In this document: one piece after another, positions 55,448-64,000 of the stretch
How the letters are laid out: every line of letters starts with the position of its first letter
How positions within the stretch are numbered: position 1 is the first letter of the stretch
Source: Chiloscyllium plagiosum
Lineage: Eukaryota
DNA: 64,000 nucleotides
Assembly (NCBI RefSeq): GCF_004010195.1
Contig: NC_057718.1
Coordinates: forward strand, 85,091,136 to 85,155,135
Reading direction: 5' to 3'
Translations under genes and position numbers: made by a program
Notes under the pieces: generated by a model
What the model was told of the DNA's origin: nothing
Databases searched by the model: none
The model's input: only the letters and a program-made list of their open reading frames with translations

Positions 55448-56049
55448 CAGAAAATGAAGAGCAAAACAATTTTTAAGAAGAAAATATGTCCAATGATTTG
55501 TTTCCAGATTTACTTGTAGCAGTGTTCAAGATCAAACAATTCTGGAAGGTTGGCAATGCTGGCTATAAATAGAGCAGCTTGTAACAATGCATGACTCACA
55601 CAAAGGAGAATCTGCATTGTTGACATGCATCTGACTCCAGAGAGATGAAATTAAAACACTCTAGAAGTAATGTAAGGCTATCTATAAAATGTAAATTATT
55701 GAGTCATGGCCTCTATTTAATATTTTCAGTGATGTTTTAGGTTGAAAGGCAGTTTTCCATTAAATGATTTTCAATCACTGGAATGTTTTTCTGACGAGTG
55801 AACTATAGGCTGATTCTCAATGCTTTCAGGAGGGAGCTGGACCTGGTCTTGACTAGGGCATGAATTTCATTATGTTGAAAGTATGTGGTTGCATAAGTAA
55901 AATTTGATGCACGTGATGTTGGAGTGATTTTAATCATCTGAAGGGGATGAGGGGAATATCATATTTTCCTTTATTGGCCTTAGTTTAATTTTGGCTTTAT
56001 CCAGATGATGTCATGGCTGGGGTTGCAGGAACTAGCTTTTATTCATGAT

Positions 56050-56256
56050 GGAGAAAGTGAGGACTGCAGATGCTGGAGATCAGAGCTGAAAATGTGTTGC
56101 TGGAAAAGCGCAGCAGGTCAGGCAGCATCCAAGGAGCAGGAGAATCGATGTTTCGGGCATGAGCCCTTCTTCAGGAATGAGGAGTGTGCGCTAAGCAGGC
56201 TAAGATAAAAGGTAGGGAGAAGGGACTTGGGGGAGTGGTGTTGGAAATGCAATAGG
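56050..56256 (-). mobile_element. Penelope-derived fragment with a hammerhead core
   Basis: Minus strand CTGAAGA-A-GGGC-TCAT-GCCC-GAAA-CATC within 56143-56178. Confidence 0.75.
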
Positions 56257-56759
56257 AATCATACACAACACAGTTTCATCCCCTCGCACACAGTCAGATT
56301 TTTAAATGAAATCGCAAATTCATCTTTAAGTTTGAACAACTACTAAGTAAACTACCCAGAATTAGAAGCACATATCAAAAAAAGCAGCAGACAGATTTGC
56401 AGCTATTGCCTCTTTATAGCTGGAGGCATTGTTTGTATTTTACGAACTGGGCCAACTGCTACTCCCTCTAGCTCACATTCCTTTTACTCTTCTCCAATAA
56501 TAGTTTACCTTCTAAGAAGGGAATGCTAATACTGTCATCTATAATTTATTATAGAGGGCGAAGGTGGAAAAAGTAAAGACACTTACACAAGGCTGGTTAG
56601 ACAAGAATCCAAACAGTTGCAGTTAGGAATTCAATTAACAAGGAAGCAAACCTTCTCTCATTTAACTATATAAGGCAAAAGACAATCTGATAGAAGCGAA
56701 AACAACAAACCACTGCATTCTCTAGAAAGCTAGTACAGTATTAAGGATCATCCTCTCAT

Positions 56760-58017
56760 TTTTCAAATACTTCACTGAGGGGTTCACACCAAAAGGAGAA
56801 AGTGGAAGATGGATTGGGTGACTGCAATGGCACAGGTACCGGGAAGGTGGACCATGTCTGAGGGGACAGCATATGCAAAACTTGGCATTGGATGGTTGTG
56901 GTGGTGGTCGCAGTGATGGGGGAGGGAGAATATATCCAATGCCACCCTCATCCTGATGGCTACGTTTGTGTGAGGCGGCATCAAGCTGTGCGTAGAACTT
57001 TGATACACAAACAGTAAGTGTCACTACATACCGAAGTTCTATTTATTCTTGATGTACAAAGGATGGATCTCGCCCCATTGCCACAAAACACTCCTAGTAC
57101 TTGGACCATTCCATATCACCTGTCCTTCATGGAGAAATTTGCAAAGAAAAACATCTTTGATCACAAGTCCGTCAGGAAGTGGTCAACATGTAGTGTCTTC
57201 GAGACCCTACAGGAACAGGAGAGGGTGGATCCTGTCAGGTTCTTCCCTGGGCAGACTTTCAAAGTCATTTTCAGAATGCCTCATCACCAGAATTTTCCAA
57301 CAAGCACTGTGATATCACTGGCTGATGGGGAGAAGGGCACTACCTGTGAAATGCTTCATGTATGCCTGGACTCTGTCACCACATGCTGCCCTCCAAGAGG
57401 CTGCAGAGGGTGTAGAGACTATCACACAACTCTTTTTGGAGTATGCTTTTACAAAGAAAGTCTGGAGAAAGATGAAATGGTCTTTGTCAAGGTTGTCCTG
57501 AGCAGCACCATGATGCAGGACGCTGTGCTCTACGGCCTGTTCCCCAGAATGCGAGACAAACAGAGACAAATATTGACTGCGCCTGAAGGCCCATCAACTT
57601 GGTGCAAGATGTTCGTTGGTCTGTGTGAAACTTGTTGAACCTCCAGAGCAAGGAGCTGACCTCAACCGAGTGTTGCAGACTGACACATTCCAAGGTTCAG
57701 GACTATGTGGTGAGGAACACAGTAAAGCTTGGGACAGCTGCTGATAAGGCAGAGTAGAGAAATATCACGATGTAAAGCCTTTCTGCTGAAGTTAAATGGG
57801 GGGTCCGTTTAGTTATCAGAAATCTCTATCCCCCTACAGGTGCCTCAAATATATGTACATTTAGTCTTGTAAAAGAAAGAAATGTCTTTGGTTTGTTTCT
57901 TGGATACAGTCAAACTCCAATGTTTGTTTCTACATACGCAACCATATAGAACTGAACTGCTTTAAGGACTGTGTATACAAAGATATTTTATGAATAAGAT
58001 ATATATTTGAAGTAAAA
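56760..58017 (+). mobile_element. Tx1/L1-clade LINE, 5'-truncated degenerate copy
   Basis: Collinear with the 3' part of the 58635-60582 element; AATAA-type/A-rich end. Confidence 0.75.
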
Positions 58018-58634
58018 GTTCACACTAAAAGAATCCTTTAAATCTTAAAAAGGGAATCAAGTTATAATAATTTAAATGATGTTATTCTCAAAATTTCTTG
58101 AAGTTTTCACTGTTCAGTGTTTACACTTTGAAACTAGATTTCTGATATTTTCACTGTTTTAATGTGAATTAATATTAAAACAATTCAGTTTCAAGTTAAG
58201 TCGAAGTGAATCTTTTAAAGCTTGGTAAATCTTGTTAGAAGTTAAATTTTATTCACAGTTTCTAAGTGTTCTAATATAAGTCACTTTTTAAAATGATTTA
58301 TCACACTTGTTCAAAATATTTATGCACATGGTTCTGATTGAACCTATTAAATCAACTTTTGAGCTTTGCTAAATGAAGAATTTTTTTTAAAAATCCAACT
58401 TAAACCATTGGATAGAATCATCCCAGCCACTAATGACATGGGCAAATAAGGCAAGATGACTATAAGTAGATTCTTAATTCTGAAGGCAAAAAGTCCACTT
58501 CTCCAACCAAATGTTGAAGGGTGAGACAAGATTTTTGCTAGTCACTGGAGAGGCCTATTAACATTCATTTACATGAATTAGCATGTTATTTTTAAAATCT
58601 CACTTCATTGATATGCAGTTGCCTAGGGAGGGGG

Positions 58635-60582
58635 AGGAAATCTGAAATTGGAGACCAATCTCACGATTAAATGCAGATTACAAAATCTTGGCAAAGGTCA
58701 TCGCCAACCGGGTCAGGTCTGCTATGGGATCGGTGATCCATCCTGACCAGGAGAAAGTTTTTGACAGGATATCACATACGTATAGGAGAGATGTTCTCTC
58801 CAAAATGGGCTTTGGGGAGGGAATCTGCAATTGGATCAGACTGCTCTACACCAACATCGTCAGTGAAGTCTCAATCAATGGGTGGGAATCAGATAGCTTC
58901 CCAGTCAGATCTGGAATCAGGCAGGGCTGCCCTCTCTCTCCTGCCTTGTTTGTGTGCTGCATAGAGCCATTTGCTGAGTCCATCAGGAAGGAATGCGAGC
59001 CTGAGAGGGGTGACTATTCCTGGCAGCGGGGGGCCTGCAGGTTAAGGCCTCCCTGTACATGGATGATGTTGTCGTTTGCTGCTCGGATCCACTCTCCGTG
59101 CACAGACTCTTGTGCATATGTGACCAGTTTGAACAGGCCTTGGGGGCCAAGGCCAACCGAGGCAAGAGCGAGGCCATGCTCTTTGGGAACTGGGCCAACC
59201 AATCCTTCATCCCCTTCACAGTCAGGACCGACCACCTGAAGGTGCTGGATATTTGGTTCGGAGGGGCTGGGGCGTGTGCCAAGTCTTGGGGAGAGCTTAT
59301 CAAGAAAGTGAGGCAGAAACTGGGCAGATGGAAGCTACAGTCGCTCTTCATCATGGGAAAAAAACCTGGTCATCAGGTGTGAGGCACTGTCAGTGTTGTT
59401 ATATGTGGCACAGGTCTGGCCTATTCCCAGAACCTGTGCCGTCACAGTCACTCGGGCCATCTTCCATTTTGTATGGAGATCAAAGATGGCCAGGGTCTGA
59501 AGGGACTCTACGTACAAAGCTCTGGGCAACGGGGGAAAACAAAACACACCCAATGCCACCCTCAGCCTGATGGCCACCTTTGTGTGTGGCTGCATCAAGC
59601 TGTGCGTGGATCCCCGGTACGCAAACACAAAGTGTCACTACGTACTGAGGTTCTACCTGTCCCCGGTGTTGTGAAGGATGGGCCTGGCCTCGCTGCCACG
59701 GAACGCTCCGAATAGTTGGACCGTTCTGTATCACCTGTCCTTTATGAAGGAAAACACCTTTGACCACAAGTCCATCAGGAAGTGGTCAGCACGTAGAGTC
59801 CTTGAGACCCTTCGGGAAAAGGAGAGGGTGGATCCTGTTGAGCGGTTCCCTGGGCAAACTATCAAAGTCATTTGGTAAAATGCCTCATTGCCAGAACTTT
59901 CCAACAAGCACCAAGACATGGCTTGGCTGGTGGCGAGAAGGGCTCTGCCTGTGAGATCCTTTATGCACACCCGCACTCTCAGCCGCACCGCACGCTGCCC
60001 TCGAAGCGGCTGCGGGGGCGGGGGGTGCGGGCAGACTGTTATACACCTCCTTCTGGAATGTGCCTCCGCAAAGGAAGTCTGGAGAGGAATGCAGTGGTGT
60101 TTGTCGAGGTTCGTCCCGAGCAGCGCCGTGACGCGGGACTCTGTGCTCTACGGCCTGTTCCCCGGGACGCACACCGAGACAAACATCAACTGTGCCTGGA
60201 GGATCATCAACTCGGTGAAGGACGCTCTTTGGTCTGTCCAAAACCTGTTGATCTTCCAGCTGAAGGAGCTGACCCTGACTGAGTGTTGCAGACTGGCACA
60301 TTCCAAGGTCCAGGACTACGTGTTGAGGGACGCGCTGAAGCTTGGGGCAGCTGCCGCCAAGGTGTGATGTTCTTCTGCCTGCCAAAGAAGAACAGGGGGC
60401 TCACGCAGTAAGTGGGCTCCGCTGATGCCTCAGTTAAATACATGGATGGTAAACATACAGACCTGTATATACGAATGATTACTCGATCTCTGTGTGCAAA
60501 GAAATGCAATGTTTACGTATGTGCGGCATGATCAATTGCACAGAACAAAATATTTTTATGAATAGAATATATATTTGAAATT
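58635..60582 (+). mobile_element. Tx1/L1-clade LINE, 5'-truncated ORF2 (RT and C-terminal zinc finger)
   Basis: WRPISRLNADYKILAKVIANR, GIRQGCPLSPALF, LYMDD, CPRSGC...TVIHLLLEC; frameshifts and stops present. Confidence 0.88.
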
Positions 60583-60772
60583 TAAAATTTGCTGCAGTTA
60601 GGGCAGCTTATGGATTGGCCTAGGATGCACCTCGAAAGATCCTCGTTTGAACCTGTATTGCTCACTCATTTTGTACCTACTTTGACATTCACAAAACCAC
60701 TGCCTTGCCTTTCAACACAAACAGTTTGTCCACCTCCTTGACTGCAAAGCACGACATGTTGTATACACTGCT

Positions 60773-61012
60773 ATGATTAGATTCCCTACAGTGCGGAAAC
60801 AGGCCCTTCGGCCCAACCAGTCCACACCCACCCTCCGAAGAGTAACCCACCCAGATCCATTTCCCTCTGACTAATGCACCGAACACTATGGGCAATTTAG
60901 CATGGCCAATTCACCTGAACCTGCACATCTTTGGACTGTGGGAGGAAACAAGAGCACCCAGAGGAAACCCACGCAGACACAGGGAGAATGTGCAAACTCC
61001 ACACAGACAGTC
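60773..61012 (-). mobile_element. 5'-truncated HE1-type V-SINE
   Basis: V-domain and tail closely match the 28018-28340 copy. Confidence 0.85.
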
Positions 61013-61653
61013 ATGTTAGTCTTACATCTACACCATGTGCCAGCTGTGTAAGCAACAAGCACACTGCATGTCATTCAAACAAATGGCTGTGTATCAGAGT
61101 CTACGGGCATAGCCCTCAGTTGGATCAACAGAGAGAGATTGATTTCATAATTGTTACCCCCGCTGCATCCCAGGCATCCTACCTCCAATCCCCATAAATG
61201 ATTTCTCTAGTTTCCTTCTCATGGCAGTGATACCTGATAAGCCCTATGACATTTAGTGGATGAAGCCACAGGACTGACCACGGCCCACCCTCCTGACCAA
61301 CTTAAATGGACAGTCCCGAACAATGAGTGACCAGACCCCTAAATGATCTCTATGCAACTCCCTGCCTAACTTCCCACAAATGCACAGACTCTTTTTTGCA
61401 CTGGACCTGCAGGTTGTGTACTCCCTGGACTGAGGAGGAATGGTTTCCCTGGACTGAGGAGGAATGTTTGCCCTCCTCATGACTGCCCCAAGCAGTAGAC
61501 TGACCATGCCATAGCCCCTTAACTGATATTGAAGCTACCCTTGACTTACTGTATTGGGAACATCTGACTAAAGGGTGCCTCCCTTGACTTGGCTGACAAT
61601 TACTCCCTTCACACTTTGACCTGTGGCACTCATTTTGTTTGCTATTCATTCAT

Positions 61654-61990
61654 AAGATGAGGGCATCAGTGGCTTGGCCAGCATTTTATTGCCTATCCCT
61701 AATTGCCCAAAGGGCAGTTAAGGATCAACCACATTGCTGTGGGTCTGGAGTCACATGTGGCCAGACCAGGTAGGGATGGCAGTTTCTCTCCCTGAAGGAG
61801 ATTAGTGAATCAGATGGGTTTTTCCAACAATCAGCAATGGATTCATGTTCATCATTCGACACTTGATTCCAAATTTTTATTGAATTCAAACTCCACAACA
61901 TGCTGAAGCAGGATTTGAACCCAGGTCCCCTGAATATTACCTGGGTCTCTGGAATAATAGTCCAGCGATAATACCACTAGGCCATCACCT
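61654..61990 (-). mobile_element. tRNA-derived SINE of a second family
   Basis: Minus-strand A box TGGCCTAGTGG and B box GGTTCAAATCC; related fragments near 6390-6530 and 9240-9300. Confidence 0.7.
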
Positions 61991-62243
61991 ACATTATTGG
62001 GGCCTGAACACTCACTCACTCATTAAAAGCTATCCCTCTGGAACATGCCTTCTCGTTACCTCTTCTTCAAAACCTCTAACATATATCGCCAAAGTTATGA
62101 CATTGATCTCCTGTCCAAAATTTCTTCAATTCTTGCTCAAAGGCATTCTTTCAAATGAGGACCACTAAAGATGTGTATAATGACAACGGTAAGCCATATA
62201 TTGTAGAATAAAACAGTAGTTATATAAAGGGGTACAAGATCTA

Positions 62244-62396
<153 letters not shown>

Positions 62397-63871
62397 TTAG
62401 CATAATGTCGTTATTTGGCACATAGGACTCTTCATCAGAAACAATAATGCAATACTTACCATCTACAATTAAATTCATTTACACTACATTGTGTAGTTTC
62501 AATGCAATTTTTAAAAAAAATTTTGGATTGGATTTTAATTATTTTCCTTAGGAGATTCAGGTATTCAGTCATACTTTGCCATTCAATTAGATTTTGATCT
62601 CCATTGCTCAGTATCTTTTAACTACCTTCTTCAACAAAATTCCATTGATTCAGTCTTCAAACTCCAACTCTCCCCCTAGAACTTCAGCTTTCTTAGGATA
62701 AAGAATTCTAGACTTCTTCTGTGTCTTGCAGATCAATCCTCTGAGTTCCAAACTCAGGGAAATTTGTCATATCTGCAAGCCACCTTTGCAATTTAATTTT
62801 CTAAATCTCTGATTCTGATTCAGATGCTCTGTATTCCCTTGAAAGCTTCCTCCCTGAGATGCAGTGCCAGAACTGAGCACATTACTTCAGGTAGAATCTG
62901 ATGAAGGTATTGTACAATGGCTGCAGGATTTCAACTGCCTCATTGCATTCTAGCTCCCTCAAGATGAAGACCACCGTCCTTTTCACACCTGTATACTGGT
63001 AAGAGGTTTACAGTAGAATATAATTGGGAAAGCAAAACAGGAAAAGAAAAACAATGTCGAGGCAGTCTCAGGGTTGCAAACAGATTTTCTTAAATCCGTA
63101 CACAAACAATTTGCTTGCAAGTCAGAACACAATGCAGAACAATATCAAACAGCTGTTCATAACTATGGGAAAATGTTCATATGGCAGATCTTTAAAATTA
63201 GTATTAATACACGCCTGCATGGGATCAGGTTTGTAAGTATGAGCATTCATAAGTTGCACATTCATAGGTCAGTAACTGTCTATAATATTTTAGTATTGCA
63301 TCCTTTCAATGCACCATCAATTGAAGACAAAATTTGTTTCCTTTTCAGACTCTCAAGGCTTAGCAACCTGTATGAAGTGTGAACAACTTGAAGTCATTTT
63401 ATTGAACTGACTCAACACAGACAGACAGCACCACTATCTTTTGCTGTCAGGAATTGAGACAAAAATATTGTACCATAGAATGGTAGGTTATAGCTTTGAG
63501 GGGATGAAATTCATTAAATTTCTGAATCAAAAATATCAGAATATCTACTTGAAGAGAAACATTTGTAGAATTATGGGAAGGAAACAGGTTATTTGGGGCT
63601 AAGTGAATAGTTATTTCGGAGAGCTGACAAGAATGATGAGTGTTTTCTGTGTTGTGTGATTATATTAATACTTTCCCCATCTATTATTTTCACACAAAAG
63701 ATTCAAAAATATAGAACTCTCATCCCTCCAAACAAGCTGTGAAGGTTCAAGGGGCTGGAATAGTTGATTTCTGTTCCACTAACAAAAAAAAGTTATTTGG
63801 TTTGATAATGTGACTGAACTCTGTGGTTTATTCCTAAAGCTCCTATATATTACAGGTTAAGCAGTACATAC

Positions 63872-64000
63872 CTGAGTATCAACCCATCTGATGCCATCTG
63901 CGGTATGTTCAACCCGCCCATGGAAATGAACAGGGAGCATGTATTCAGGCCGTGCCTTTTCCCATGGGTTACCATAGCGTAGCCAATCATCAGCTTCCTC
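63872..64000 (-). CDS. pygb: Glycogen phosphorylase, brain form, exon 5 (about 3 nt at the 5' end lie outside the window)
   Basis: Translates [43 protein letters not shown]; donor CAG|gtatgt; the conserved exon is 132 nt. Confidence 0.95.

Noticed and set aside
57018..60509. Cluster of long overlapping ORFs as a novel gene
   Set aside because: Explained by GC-rich, frameshifted Tx1 ORF2 remnants and their antisense frames.
61422..61466. Short tandem duplication tccctggactgaggaggaatg x2 containing CTGAGGA
   Set aside because: No stem II or GAAA follows, so it is not a hammerhead; ordinary slippage duplication.

Overview
Vertebrate genomic DNA, very probably from a cartilaginous fish (shark), judged from HE1-type V-SINEs and abundant CR1 and Penelope repeats. 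The window is the 3' part of the brain-type glycogen phosphorylase gene (pygb) on the minus strand. It holds exons 5 (cut by the window edge) to 20, with GT-AG junctions and exon lengths matching the conserved 20-exon PYG structure, a stop at 2500 and a presumed 3' UTR below that. The introns contain CR1 and Tx1 LINE fragments, tRNA-derived SINEs, solo LTRs and hAT/Tc1-mariner MITEs. Main observations: (1) about a dozen short Penelope-derived insertions, most with 12-17 bp target-site duplications, several palindromic, many carrying minimal hammerhead ribozyme cores in four different stem-II variants; (2) a degenerate copy of the 3' part of pygb exon 12, still with its splice donor, inside intron 13; (3) a solo LTR inserted in reverse orientation into a relative of itself. 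Exon coordinates were read from the splice sites. Repeat boundaries are approximate, and family assignments come from motif recognition, not database searches.
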